Origin: a virus
DNA length: 64,000 bases
Direction: 5' to 3' (one strand)
Virus record (IMG/VR): IMGVR_UViG_3300043777_000086
Span: 42,153 to 106,152 of that record
Positions within the stretch are counted from its first letter, which is position 1. Each line of letters begins with the position of its first letter. A program made the position numbers and the translations under genes. The notes beneath the pieces were generated by a model. The model worked only from the letters and a program-made list of their open reading frames with translations, did no database searches and had not been told where the DNA came from. Shown piece after piece: positions 27,817-37,953 of the stretch.

Positions 27817-30800
27817 TTAGTAGATCGAGCGAATCGGCTGTGAGATTACGGTCGACCCGTTCTTCAAATCCTCGATGATCCACGCGATGAATCCGGGGAT
27901 CTTTGGCACGGAGATCGTACATCCGCTTGAGCACGTCACGTAGGATGTGGTGTTGTAAGTGGATTCCGTGGTCGGTCCGAACAAATACGGCGTCGCGCCC
28001 GTCCCGTCCGTAGCGCAGTTGTCCGTACGGTTCGTGCAGTAGAAATTAGATGGACTACTTCCGGTCCACGTTGTCCCGGCCGGCGCGAACTCAGAGTAGG
28101 CGAATCGGATCCTGCGCGTATCCCCCGATGCCCCGGCGCCGTACTTAATCTGGATCTGCTGGAAGTCCGGAGAGGTTGGGTAGTTCATTTGCGGAGTCGG
28201 TGGGAGCTTATAGGCCCAGATGTCGATCCGGCCGCCACCGCTGCACCAGTCGCACACGAACATCGCCCATTGTCCGGTTGGTTCGGGAATAAACGTCGAG
28301 AATGAATACTGACGCCCCGGCCCCATCAAACCCATGCCGATCGATCGAAGTGTCGAACCGGTATAGTCCGAAAAATCGATGCGCTGCTGGATCATCATGG
28401 CCCCAAATGGAACGAAGCTATATACGCACGGGTAGTTATCGTCGTACCAGTTGGAGACGCACGCAGTAGAGAGCCTAGCCGAAGGGACCGTCATATAGGA
28501 GTCGCCTGGGCTGGATCCGGCGACACACTCCCCAGAAAGGTAGGCTCGACAACCCTGCCAAGGGACGCTGCTGCTCAACACTGAAGATGGCCCGCTCACA
28601 TCCTTCAGTAAGTTCGGACCTGCCCAGAACACCGGAGGGCTCACTTTGTAATTCGCCGCGGTCGAAGACCCGCACGCGCTTCCGTTTGCGACCTTATAGA
28701 TTATTCCACTCACTAACGTCACTGTTATTGGGCACGTTCCGGTTGCTGTCTCGTTAGATAGCCCATCGGATGGATTCCAGTGATTGAAGTCAGTCATCCA
28801 GGTTCTGTCGTAAATCGGAGCCGTATACTGATGCACAGACGGATAACCCTGAAGAGACCCACCTATAGACACCCCAGAACCAACCCCATGAAACACTGGC
28901 TTGCCAATCGTCGTTGAGTACGGCTGACCAACCTGAGTTGTGAATGGAATATTATACCGCGCCTGTAGGCTTTGAACGTAATTCGTTGCTCCCGGCGTGG
29001 GTCCAGGGCTAAGATCGAAGTGCCCACTAAAGGCCATCGGATCGTTAAGAAATGTGAGTGTTGATTTTGTTACGTCAAACCAATTACCTACACCCGGAAG
29101 ACAGCACACAGCGCCGGGCGGAGTTGCATAACCCGTCCATCCGGTACTCGAATTCTTAGTCGAAGCATTGAATGAACCCCAGATCGGAAACTGCGCGCGC
29201 GCCCATGTCACCACGAGACACTGCACTCCGCAACCTACATCCGTTACCGGAGCTACCGTGAGTGCCTGTAGGGTCTCGTTAACAGCGTGCAGAGATAAGG
29301 CGTCACCAGGTGCCAAACCCTGAATCTGCGACCACGCTGAATTCTGCGGCGTCGGCCACTTCGCCAATTCCGCAGTGCTCGGACTATGGGACGCCACATC
29401 CGGCATGTGGACCGTCACACACAGATTCCCTGTAATGCCGAATGAATTAGTCGGGCACGTATCTAGTGGGGACGTCGTGGTCATCGACGTGTCCGTCGTG
29501 AACACACCGCCTTTGAGCATGCTGTAGGGCGTTGACTGCCACGGCCCGACACCGGTTACGCTTGGGGTCGCCACGAAGGAGTATGCTCCGCCGAGAAGAT
29601 TACAGATAACGGAATAATATCCCCCAGAGGCATCGGCGGAATGATTAGCGCACCAACGCTGCGGAAAATGAGAATAGATGTTATCCGTTGCTGTAATAAG
29701 GCCTGTGGAGACATTGAACACATTGATTAGCGTGATTGTCTCGCCACCGGTAGGCGGACCGTTGCTGACCACCGCGAAGCCATTCGTGAACCGGTCAACG
29801 ATAGCTGGGTGCGAGGACGTCCCCACATCTGCAAATACCGAGCTATCCCAGTATGGGTTGGTCGCGTGGATCTGGTTATTTATGTCCAATCCAGCGCTTG
29901 CCGGGGTCAGGTCGGTCCACGTGAGGTTTTGATCGGACCATTGTGGCCCCTGAAACCAATTCTGCGTTGTGTCCTGCCCAGGAGAACAGCCGCCACCACC
30001 CGTACAATTATCGGATGATGGGTAAAGGCTGTGGCCGTACGCTTTGAACTTACCGGCGGTGGGGTTGTACACAACCTTGAAAATAGAGGGCGTTAGAGCG
30101 CTCCCTGTCTTGGCCGGAAAATCGAATGTGTTCGGATCGAACTGATCCCATGAGTCGATGAGCGGGACGAACCCACTTACCTGATTTGCGGGCGGATCCG
30201 AGCCATTAAAGAAATATAGCGGTGTAAGGTGTCGGACCTCACCAGTGCCCGGAATGAACAGTGCTAGGTTTTGAGCCCCTCCGCCAGACCTATCAAAGGT
30301 ACATAGCTCGCCGGTTTGCGGTGGAACAAGCGACGTAGATCCGTCCGCCATCGTGGAAATTGTCTGAGAATTTACCGTGCAGTAGGCCGTATTTCCCTCG
30401 GCCGGCGCGATGAACACGTCGCTAAAGGCCCAATCGAAACTCACGCTGATGTTCGCGGTCCCGGCTGCGGATCCGCTCGCCACCCAGAGCAAAAGTCCGG
30501 GCATACTGGTACCCGTCGCACTCGAGACACCGGGCGTCTCTACGACGGTCATGCTTTGACTTGTTGCTGGCGCCGCAGCGAGAGTGCAGAGGTGGTTTGT
30601 GCAAGAGCTTGACGGAATCTGATACTTCATTCCCGCGGGCCACTGGACGTTGAAGTTTAACCCCGTGGTTGTAGAGCCATTCGTGACAGCGCTACCCGAA
30701 ATCGTTATGGTAGAAGCTGTGGGTGTTAGCTGCCACGCCGTTGGAAACGTCGTCAGGTTCCAATCGCAGAAATAACAGGCTTGGCCGATAACCGTTCCGG

Positions 30801-31686
30801 GCCAGTTCGCGTTCGAGGGGAAGCTACCTGCCGGATTTCCAAGGGTGGTCGGAAGCGTTACCAAAGCGCTTGCCGGGAAGGTGCAGCTTCCGATCGCCGG
30901 GACCTCCGTGAGGCATCCCTCGATCACCATGCCGGAAACCGAACCGTTGCCGAAGATATGGACGCGTATGTCGTCGAGCGTCGGACCCACCGCCCACCCG
31001 CCGATCTGACTTCCGGTGAAGCTGATGATCTGCGGAAAGGGGATGAAAATCGGCGCTCCGTTACCCGTGCCGCTGTAGGTGTAAGAAGCAAGGGTCGATG
31101 CCGATCCACTAATAACGTTTGCTGGGTTCGTCCAGGCACTCGCCACGTCGAGCCAGTTCGTAGCGAGTTTATTGTGCTGGCTTTGTCCCCACCAGCCGGG
31201 CTGGGTAATCGGTATCAACGGAGCGCCCGTCATCGGATCGGCAACCGGAACGCGCGCCGACGGATTGACGATCGGCCAGTCGTAGTTGAAGGTCTTAGCC
31301 GAATTAAACGGCGGACTCTGTGTGTAGGCGCTTGGCTCGAGCGTCTTTGTCGTGAACGTGATGCTTCCGGTGTCAGCGCCGCTATTACATGTGACCGTCG
31401 CCGTGGTGCGGGAGTTGTAGAACAGAGTCGCCTGGGAGGAACCGGTGCCGAAGATCGCGTGCGTTGTTCCGTCGCCGGGAAGGACGGTCGTCAAATTCGA
31501 CGCATCGATCGTAACTGGTCCATAGAAACTAGCACCGAACACATTTGCGCTTATAGAATATGTGCATGGTCCGACCGTGGGTGTATAAATGACTTCCGCC
31601 TGGCGCGCGGAAACGGAGCCCAACTTGAGTGGGATTGTGGCGGAAAATACCGGGAGCGCCAACAAAGGAATGAGAAGACACCGCAT
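27817..31686 (-). CDS. large exported Cys/Ser/Thr-rich beta protein (possible spike/receptor-binding protein)
   Basis: signal peptide, many spaced Cys pairs, at end of fibre operon. Confidence 0.7.
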   Translation of the reverse strand: MRCLLIPLLALPVFSATIPLKLGSVSARQAEVIYTPTVGPCTYSISANVFGASFYGPVTIDASNLTTVLPGDGTTHAIFGTGSSQATLFYNSRTTATVTCNSGADTGSITFTTKTLEPSAYTQSPPFNSAKTFNYDWPIVNPSARVPVADPMTGAPLIPITQPGWWGQSQHNKLATNWLDVASAWTNPANVISGSASTLASYTYSGTGNGAPIFIPFPQIISFTGSQIGGWAVGPTLDDIRVHIFGNGSVSGMVIEGCLTEVPAIGSCTFPASALVTLPTTLGNPAGSFPSNANWPGTVIGQACYFCDWNLTTFPTAWQLTPTASTITISGSAVTNGSTTTGLNFNVQWPAGMKYQIPSSSCTNHLCTLAAAPATSQSMTVVETPGVSSATGTSMPGLLLWVASGSAAGTANISVSFDWAFSDVFIAPAEGNTAYCTVNSQTISTMADGSTSLVPPQTGELCTFDRSGGGAQNLALFIPGTGEVRHLTPLYFFNGSDPPANQVSGFVPLIDSWDQFDPNTFDFPAKTGSALTPSIFKVVYNPTAGKFKAYGHSLYPSSDNCTGGGGCSPGQDTTQNWFQGPQWSDQNLTWTDLTPASAGLDINNQIHATNPYWDSSVFADVGTSSHPAIVDRFTNGFAVVSNGPPTGGETITLINVFNVSTGLITATDNIYSHFPQRWCANHSADASGGYYSVICNLLGGAYSFVATPSVTGVGPWQSTPYSMLKGGVFTTDTSMTTTSPLDTCPTNSFGITGNLCVTVHMPDVASHSPSTAELAKWPTPQNSAWSQIQGLAPGDALSLHAVNETLQALTVAPVTDVGCGVQCLVVTWARAQFPIWGSFNASTKNSSTGWTGYATPPGAVCCLPGVGNWFDVTKSTLTFLNDPMAFSGHFDLSPGPTPGATNYVQSLQARYNIPFTTQVGQPYSTTIGKPVFHGVGSGVSIGGSLQGYPSVHQYTAPIYDRTWMTDFNHWNPSDGLSNETATGTCPITVTLVSGIIYKVANGSACGSSTAANYKVSPPVFWAGPNLLKDVSGPSSVLSSSVPWQGCRAYLSGECVAGSSPGDSYMTVPSARLSTACVSNWYDDNYPCVYSFVPFGAMMIQQRIDFSDYTGSTLRSIGMGLMGPGRQYSFSTFIPEPTGQWAMFVCDWCSGGGRIDIWAYKLPPTPQMNYPTSPDFQQIQIKYGAGASGDTRRIRFAYSEFAPAGTTWTGSSPSNFYCTNRTDNCATDGTGATPYLFGPTTESTYNTTSYVTCSSGCTISVPKIPGFIAWIIEDLKNGSTVISQPIRSIY

Positions 31687-32559
31687 CTACTGGACCCCGG
31701 AAATTACCTGATAAAGCATCGTGACTACGATAGATGCTCCCGCTCCGCCGGTGCAGTTGGCGGTTGAACTGCCAATATACAATCCCTTATTGACGACCGT
31801 GGCTGTAGCGGCTGTGCCATTGGTAGCAAGAGGGAAGGCGCTCTGCGAGGCGGTAAATTCAATCACGGTATTCTCAGAATAAGAAGTTGCAAAGACCGGA
31901 GACATGTTATACGCACTATCAGCCATTGAGGAACTATAACCGAGTCCGAAATTATGCCCGCAAGTAAACAACGCTCCGGCGTACACGAAGTTAATAAATA
32001 TATCAACTGGCTCGATAACCGTACCGGTGCCTAACGCGGCGAGTATCGGCTGGGGGGTTGTGAAAAGATTGGTGACTTGGCTAGCGCTTAGAGTTATGGT
32101 CACCGACTGGACTGCCGAGGCCCCGGAGCTCGCTGCCACACCAAGGTTCAGCACCGTCCCTGTCGCGTTCGCTGCCGCTGTGGTCTGTGCTTGCCCGTAC
32201 CATCCGCTTGTCGGCAGAGTTGTTCCGACATCCGTACAGCGTCCTGTGGTCACTGTCAATTGAACATAGTGGCCCTTGGTATACCCTGTCGCATCAGCCT
32301 GACATGGGCCTTCACTTCCAGGTCCAGCCATAGCGACGCTACCCGAGGTTCCCGCGCCGCTGACTGGGAGATAAAGCTGCGCGGCTGTCGCGGCAGTTGT
32401 GGCCGTGATCGCATTCCCGGAGGAATTGATTAGCGCCAGATTCCCCGTCGCGGTTCCCGTTGAAGTATCGTTCGTGGCGGTGATCTGGCGCATCACCCCT
32501 GGGGTCTGGGCATGCACCAACGCCGCGATTAGACAGATGGGAATGATAAGCCTTTTCAT
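31687..32559 (-). CDS. exported fibre/decoration-like protein
   Basis: signal peptide ..ALVHA-Q; C-terminal domain resembles that of 40112-40726. Confidence 0.65.
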   Translation of the reverse strand: MKRLIIPICLIAALVHAQTPGVMRQITATNDTSTGTATGNLALINSSGNAITATTAATAAQLYLPVSGAGTSGSVAMAGPGSEGPCQADATGYTKGHYVQLTVTTGRCTDVGTTLPTSGWYGQAQTTAAANATGTVLNLGVAASSGASAVQSVTITLSASQVTNLFTTPQPILAALGTGTVIEPVDIFINFVYAGALFTCGHNFGLGYSSSMADSAYNMSPVFATSYSENTVIEFTASQSAFPLATNGTAATATVVNKGLYIGSSTANCTGGAGASIVVTMLYQVISGVQ

Positions 32560-32568
32560 GTTTTCCTT

Positions 32569-33321
32569 TTAGTTGACGATCGCACCATAGGTCAATGCAC
32601 TTATAGTTGCAGTCGCTCCGGTGTAATTGCACGCACTAACGGTCACTGTATTCGCGGCCGATACGAACATCGCTGGCACCCAACTGGCCGGGAAGGCCGA
32701 GGGTATTTCTGGGCTGATCGCATTTCCGGTCTGCGCGCCAGTTAAGGTGAATGTCCCCGTCCCGCATCCGCCGTCATTAATTGAAGTGAATGTAATTGAT
32801 CCACTACCCTGGAACGTCCCCACCTGGATCAGTGCTCCGTATGTAGCCACCGCCGGAGTAAGTGGACCGCCGGAAGAATTAAAGATTCGTACGTCTATAG
32901 TATTGGCCGCAGAAACGAATACCGTTGGCGTCAATCCGCTCGCTAGCACCGGAAGAATGGGGCTCACCGCCGAACCGGTCGCCGTTCCAGTCAGAGTGAA
33001 GGTCTGATCAGCGCTCGTCCCATCGGGTATCGACGGGAATGTAAGCGAGGCCGTCCCGATCAAGCCGCCACCTCCGCCACTAGCCTGCGCCGTCCACGTA
33101 TTCGTAGCTGTGCATTTATAGAGAATCTGGCTCGTTGAATTGTAGTACCAGTCGAGGTTCGCCGTACACGTGGCTGGTGCTGTCGCCTGAACGGTGAATG
33201 GGCGCGTAGTGCCAGCCGTCGACCAGTCCATCACTGCGGAGGGGGCCGCGGTTTGACTGCCAGTGGGGGTCTGCGCCACCAATGAGAACGCGAGCAATGA
33301 TAACGTAATAATAATTTTCAT
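32569..33321 (-). CDS. exported fibre-like protein with duplicated C-terminal domain
   Basis: signal peptide; two copies of TF.SI.DG....TFTLTG..TG.A.SP...FVSAANT. Confidence 0.7.
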   Translation of the reverse strand: MKIIITLSLLAFSLVAQTPTGSQTAAPSAVMDWSTAGTTRPFTVQATAPATCTANLDWYYNSTSQILYKCTATNTWTAQASGGGGGLIGTASLTFPSIPDGTSADQTFTLTGTATGSAVSPILPVLASGLTPTVFVSAANTIDVRIFNSSGGPLTPAVATYGALIQVGTFQGSGSITFTSINDGGCGTGTFTLTGAQTGNAISPEIPSAFPASWVPAMFVSAANTVTVSACNYTGATATISALTYGAIVN

Positions 33322-33322
33322 A

Positions 33323-35851
33323 TCAGTTCGTCACGTTATAGCTCAGGCAGGCGGGGTTCGATGAAGGCGAGCTTGCCACTGTGATAGTGAAGGATGTCCC
33401 CGGAGTCCTCGCTGAGATCCAAGAGTTGACGTAAGTTGTGTTGCACGTCACGCTGAGTTTAGTGCCTAGCGAAGAATCAAACGTTAGTTGGATCTGGCTA
33501 TTCGCGGTCACGGCGGTAGTTGCCACAACGACAGTGGTGGCTGATACCGCTACAGTAACCGACCCCGCCGCTGCCGAACCGCATGTCCCGCCAGCGCTAG
33601 AGCAATTCGTACTTGTCGATATTGTCGGGAAGATCCCAGTGCTTGAGATGGTGTTCACGCCCTTGGAATCTGGGGTTATGGAGATCCCCGCCCCTGGTAG
33701 TAGCGCGTCGGTAGAGAATGCCGCGAGATTATTATTTGTCGTGCTCCACTGACTCGCCGTGCCCCCGGCCGTGCCGCTCGCGAATGGCTTGTATCCTATC
33801 CCTGGCCATGCCGTGGCTGTGGTGGATCCGAGCGTGAGGTTTGTTAGAGTCAGACCCCCCGATACGATCACGTTTGAGACATCCAAACGGAAGCGCTGGT
33901 TCTCGAGATCGTAGGTAATCCACCAGTTTGCGGCGGATGGAACCCAGGAACCGGAACCAACAGCTTTGAGCGTCAGCGCTCCGAGATTAGACGGGATACC
34001 CCCCGTCTCGAAGTTGGTCCCACCGGACGGCGATGTACAGATGAGCGTGTCGTTCGTTGTCGAGGTCGTCGAGATCAAACAACTATAATCCGTCAACTGA
34101 TTTGCGGCCGCCGCTCCAGACCCACCTGCTCCGCAATTACCGTTTAGTAAAGGAGCGTTCGTCGTGGTGCTACATCCTGTGCCGGTCCAGAGGGCTGCGA
34201 TGTCGCTGAAGGTTGCTATCGTAAATGGTCCGGTGCCGTTGCCTTTGAGGGGTCCTGTGAGCGTCCCCGCTCCGGATCCTCCGCCAGGAACGGCCAGAAT
34301 CCCGGTGACTTGAAACTTTTCAATTTGCCCGCTCGAATTAGAGGGGACGACGGTCTGCCCGTTATTTGCCACGCCGGTCTCGAAGTTGATGCCGGTCTGG
34401 TCTGAATTGGAAACGCTATTGGTTTGTACGGCGGATACGATTCCAGGCGTTCCGGCAGTGCCAGGCGCACCGCCTCCAGCCGCGTAACATTTTCCCGTGA
34501 AGGCCGCATCGAACAGACATGTCGGGCTGGTCGTATTCTGCCCGGTGACGCGCTTAGGGTTTACGGAGTTGCCAGAGGAATCCTGAGCCGTGACAGCGGC
34601 TCCGATCACGGCGCCTGTTATCGTGCAGGACGTCGTCGCCACCAACGTACATGACGCTGGAGTTCCGGATCCTCCGCCTGTCCCGCTGCCACACTGGGTC
34701 TGCCAATTAGTTGCGTCCGAGGTAATATCACAGCCCTGTCCGGTCGTCAGCGTCAAAGATGAGGACCCACCGATCGTACCTGAGGCTGGAGTCAGTGTCG
34801 CCGTTCCCGCCCCGATATCCTTAGCTGAAAACTTGAATCCAGCCGGGAAGGATCCGCCGGCCGCCGGGACGGTTACCGCAACAGCCGAGGCGTTATTGAA
34901 CGTGACGAGCTTCTGGCAATCCGAAGCCAGGATCGTATAGGATGTACCGGTTTGCGGATTTACTAATTCCTGACCGGATATGGTCCCCGTTACAGTAATG
35001 GTTCCGCCGCTTAACCCGCAAGCAGCTACGATCGACGTGACTGTTCCTCCGGGAGCCCCATTCAGATTGGCGTACGGGTATCCGGTCGGGATATCCCCGA
35101 TCAAAAGCGGCCCTACCGTTGGTGCGGCGGCAGCGGATCCCGACCCCTGCTCGATTACAAATTCACGTGTGGCGGTAGTGTTCCCGGCCAAGCGAGTCGG
35201 CGTCCCGCTCGCTCCTCCGTAGAGGAGATCACCTAGCGTTGTTAGCGGATTATTTAGAATCGAGAACGTTCCCAGCCCAAGATTGGTCCTTGCTGTGGCG
35301 GTGCTAGTCAGATCGCTCAGGTTATTTGCCGTCTGAAGGAAAGATGCAGCGGGCTGCACCGCTGCGCTGCCGAGTCCAAGGTTGGTGCGCGCCGTCGCCG
35401 CGCTTGTAAGATCCGAAAGGTTATTAGCCCTTATGAGAAAGATTCCACCGCCGCCACCTCCACCCCCGCCGATCCATAGGTAGCGCGTGCCGGCGTAGGA
35501 AATAGAAACTGATCCTGTGATTGCGAAGCTTATAAAGTCGTGGTATCCGGTTCCGACGCCGGCGCACGATGCGGAGGTGTTGGTAACTAAAGATCCGGTA
35601 TCCGAAAATGACGTCCACGGGCCTGTATCCACACCGTCCTGGTATTGGATTTGGGCAGACCACGTACCGGTTCCTGTTGCACAGAATGTGTGGGTTGTTG
35701 AGGCGTAAAGCGCCTGCGATCTATTATCTATGATTGTGGCAGAGCTAGTGATTCCTGCGACCACATTCGATCGGATGACCTCCGGTGCCTGTTGAGCGGA
35801 AATCCGAACTCGGACAAATAGGAGCGCTAGGATCAATAGAATTTTTTTCAT
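33323..35851 (-). CDS. tail fibre protein with predicted signal peptide
   Basis: 2x ANNLSDLTS.ATARTNLGLG, TT.GDLLYG, QTGTSYT..ASD fibre motifs. Confidence 0.8.
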   Translation of the reverse strand: MKKILLILALLFVRVRISAQQAPEVIRSNVVAGITSSATIIDNRSQALYASTTHTFCATGTGTWSAQIQYQDGVDTGPWTSFSDTGSLVTNTSASCAGVGTGYHDFISFAITGSVSISYAGTRYLWIGGGGGGGGGIFLIRANNLSDLTSAATARTNLGLGSAAVQPAASFLQTANNLSDLTSTATARTNLGLGTFSILNNPLTTLGDLLYGGASGTPTRLAGNTTATREFVIEQGSGSAAAAPTVGPLLIGDIPTGYPYANLNGAPGGTVTSIVAACGLSGGTITVTGTISGQELVNPQTGTSYTILASDCQKLVTFNNASAVAVTVPAAGGSFPAGFKFSAKDIGAGTATLTPASGTIGGSSSLTLTTGQGCDITSDATNWQTQCGSGTGGGSGTPASCTLVATTSCTITGAVIGAAVTAQDSSGNSVNPKRVTGQNTTSPTCLFDAAFTGKCYAAGGGAPGTAGTPGIVSAVQTNSVSNSDQTGINFETGVANNGQTVVPSNSSGQIEKFQVTGILAVPGGGSGAGTLTGPLKGNGTGPFTIATFSDIAALWTGTGCSTTTNAPLLNGNCGAGGSGAAAANQLTDYSCLISTTSTTNDTLICTSPSGGTNFETGGIPSNLGALTLKAVGSGSWVPSAANWWITYDLENQRFRLDVSNVIVSGGLTLTNLTLGSTTATAWPGIGYKPFASGTAGGTASQWSTTNNNLAAFSTDALLPGAGISITPDSKGVNTISSTGIFPTISTSTNCSSAGGTCGSAAAGSVTVAVSATTVVVATTAVTANSQIQLTFDSSLGTKLSVTCNTTYVNSWISARTPGTSFTITVASSPSSNPACLSYNVTN
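35802..35815. repeat. 14-bp dispersed palindrome copy ATCCGAACTCGGAC
   Basis: exact match, inside signal-peptide coding region. Confidence 0.9.
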
Positions 35852-36654
35852 TCTTGGTCGATCTCCTCGCCCATGACGGCCGCCGCTAGCATTATGCCCT
35901 CTTCATACCGGGCGTGAGCGTAACGCGCTCGCTGCACGTCCTTGAGTTCGCTGTCGGAGAGCCAGATCTTCTCGAGTACTCCGTACTTCAAGAAGTACGT
36001 CCAGTCGTCTGTCAGGGCCTCGATCGGGGAGTTGAGTGAGATATTCTCGCTCAATAACCCCACTGGTCCGATGGCGCATACGTTTCCGCGGCTGAACTGA
36101 TTGATTGGGGTGCTCCCAAAGAACACCCCCGGAGAAGTAAACGCGGCCGTACCATTGGTCTGGATCATCGTGCCGATGAACGCCTGAATGGCGGTAAGGC
36201 TCTGCTCTGGAGCCCACGCGATTACCGCGCCATATTGACCCGGAGGGGGACTATTCGGAGATAGCGGGCTCACTACGGCTGGCGCTGGGAATAGGCTTAC
36301 CTGATTTGGATACTGCTTGTCCTGCCGCCATGATCTTGGGGGTCCGATCTTGCTCTGCCAGTTACGGTCGATCGAGGAGATGTCTCCCTCAAAATCCCTT
36401 CGTATGGCGACACCATCACTGAAAGCCGCGTCAGGTTGGCTGATCCAGTCGGGAAGCGTGACCTGAGGTTGCCCGTATTCCTGCGGCATCACGGCGATCG
36501 CCTTGACTAACCCCGTCCTGCCAAGGAAGTCGTCTAGTGTTCCCCGCAGATATTGTAGGAATTGGGGCTCCGTCAAGAGACCGAGCGACAAACCTGAGGG
36601 CTCGAGAAGGATATCGCAGACGTCGATATAAATATCATTCACGAGCGTACTCAT
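35848..36654 (-). CDS. head-tail adaptor / ring-like protein
   Basis: W....G.P..W, LFPAP, C-terminal helical L.YGVL...D.E..D..RA. Confidence 0.65.
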   Translation of the reverse strand: MSTLVNDIYIDVCDILLEPSGLSLGLLTEPQFLQYLRGTLDDFLGRTGLVKAIAVMPQEYGQPQVTLPDWISQPDAAFSDGVAIRRDFEGDISSIDRNWQSKIGPPRSWRQDKQYPNQVSLFPAPAVVSPLSPNSPPPGQYGAVIAWAPEQSLTAIQAFIGTMIQTNGTAAFTSPGVFFGSTPINQFSRGNVCAIGPVGLLSENISLNSPIEALTDDWTYFLKYGVLEKIWLSDSELKDVQRARYAHARYEEGIMLAAAVMGEEIDQE

Positions 36655-37301
36655 GCGGCAGGCACCTCGGTAGCGCTCTCGATCTCAACCATCCAGCTCG
36701 GATTGATTTTTTTCTCCCAACGCTGGAGAGCCCGCACACGCTTGAGCCAACCCTTGTAATTAGAGGAGGCATCGGCGAACGGCTTGCCACCTTCTTTGAG
36801 GACTAGATTGACGAAGGCATAATCCACGATAAGGTCGGCATACTCGTCGTCCAAATTTAAAGTGTCAGTTTCATTCACCAGTAGCGCCGGCGTCGTGACA
36901 CCCATCACACTCAGGGCCTTCCCCCCAGTCGGATCCACGTCCACAATCGCGAACATTGTAGTGCCCACCGGGATCCAGCTTCGGATCTGCTGGTTTGTGC
37001 TTCCTCTAAGCCAGCGTGGACTAACGTCGCTAGTGCTGGAAACCGAGGATTTATTGAGTTCCCGGTTTTCGCAATACACCTTCATAGGGAATACGATCGG
37101 AGCTGGCACGCGATACCACTGCCAGTTCGCGATTGTGAGGCCAGCTAAGACCGTAGCTTGAGAGAATCCGGTGAATAGATTCAGGCAGCGCGCACCTTCA
37201 TTAATCCGGCTATTGACGCTCGTCAGGGAATAGAGCTGCGTATTCCCGTCGAGGCGGGCGTAGACGCGGGCTTGTAGATCCTGCAACTCAACCTGCGGCA
37301 C
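36651..37301 (-). CDS. head-tail adaptor / ring-like protein
   Basis: L.DL...V..RLD...INEG, P..LVNETD, IVDYA...KEGG. Confidence 0.7.
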   Translation of the reverse strand: MPQVELQDLQARVYARLDGNTQLYSLTSVNSRINEGARCLNLFTGFSQATVLAGLTIANWQWYRVPAPIVFPMKVYCENRELNKSSVSSTSDVSPRWLRGSTNQQIRSWIPVGTTMFAIVDVDPTGGKALSVMGVTTPALLVNETDTLNLDDEYADLIVDYAFVNLVLKEGGKPFADASSNYKGWLKRVRALQRWEKKINPSWMVEIESATEVPAA

Positions 37302-37485
37302 CCTTGCTCCCTCCCGCCCTCATTGCGATCTCTAGCACCGGCATCCGTAGCAGATCCTTCACGGTCAGGCTCAGCGGAATCCGATCAATGTCGACCCCCG
37401 CCGCCTTGCACTCGTTAAGCTTGTCGAGGATCGCGCGCATGGACACCCTTCGTGGCTCGTGGATCTTGGACGCCCAGTGTCTCAT
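37288..37485 (-). CDS. small hypothetical protein
   Basis: coupled ORF. Confidence 0.5.
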   Translation of the reverse strand: MRHWASKIHEPRRVSMRAILDKLNECKAAGVDIDRIPLSLTVKDLLRMPVLEIAMRAGGSKGAAG

Positions 37486-37763
37486 TCTCGTCCGGGTTCG
37501 GATTTCCCCTTGCCGTGGCCGGCCGCGAAGACCGTTCCGCGCTCGTATGTCGACTTACCCTGGAGGGCGCCGTATTGCCGGTCGAACTCTTCGCGGTCGT
37601 GATAGTGCTGATACCAGTTCTCGTCGCCGATCATCGAGGGTACGTCACCACCTCCAATCCGATCGCCGCGGTGTTCGGCTTCGCATCGCTCCTGCTGCCG
37701 GAAGTGTTCGGTGACTCCGGCTGCGATCACTGTCTCGGGAACTTGCTCGGGTTTATTTGCCAT
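37482..37763 (-). CDS. small hypothetical protein
   Basis: AAGGAG RBS. Confidence 0.65.
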   Translation of the reverse strand: MANKPEQVPETVIAAGVTEHFRQQERCEAEHRGDRIGGGDVPSMIGDENWYQHYHDREEFDRQYGALQGKSTYERGTVFAAGHGKGKSEPGRE

Positions 37764-37773
37764 GGTATCTCCT

Positions 37774-37953
37774 TCAGTTAACGCTAGGCCTCTCGACTAG
37801 AATACTAGGGTAGTTCGGTAGAGCGACGAATACTTTACCGTTGACGACTTGAGCTGCCGGTAGCCCTTGGAACACCGGACAGAGGCTAAGGTGCGACGGC
37901 TCAGTTTCGGGCGTCAGGTCGTATTGCAAGTGGCACCAAGGACATTCTTTCAC
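37774..37953 (-). CDS. 59-aa zinc-finger microprotein (not in ORF track)
   Basis: GTGA overlap; MKECPWCHLQYDLTPETEPSHLSLCPVFQ... Confidence 0.55.
   Translation of the reverse strand: MKECPWCHLQYDLTPETEPSHLSLCPVFQGLPAAQVVNGKVFVALPNYPSILVERPSVN

Noticed and set aside
37774-37953. Possible structured RNA (HEARO/omega-like) beside the HNH-AP2 gene
   Set aside because: Interval is filled exactly by a coupled 59-aa Zn-finger ORF; the nuclease is not IscB-like
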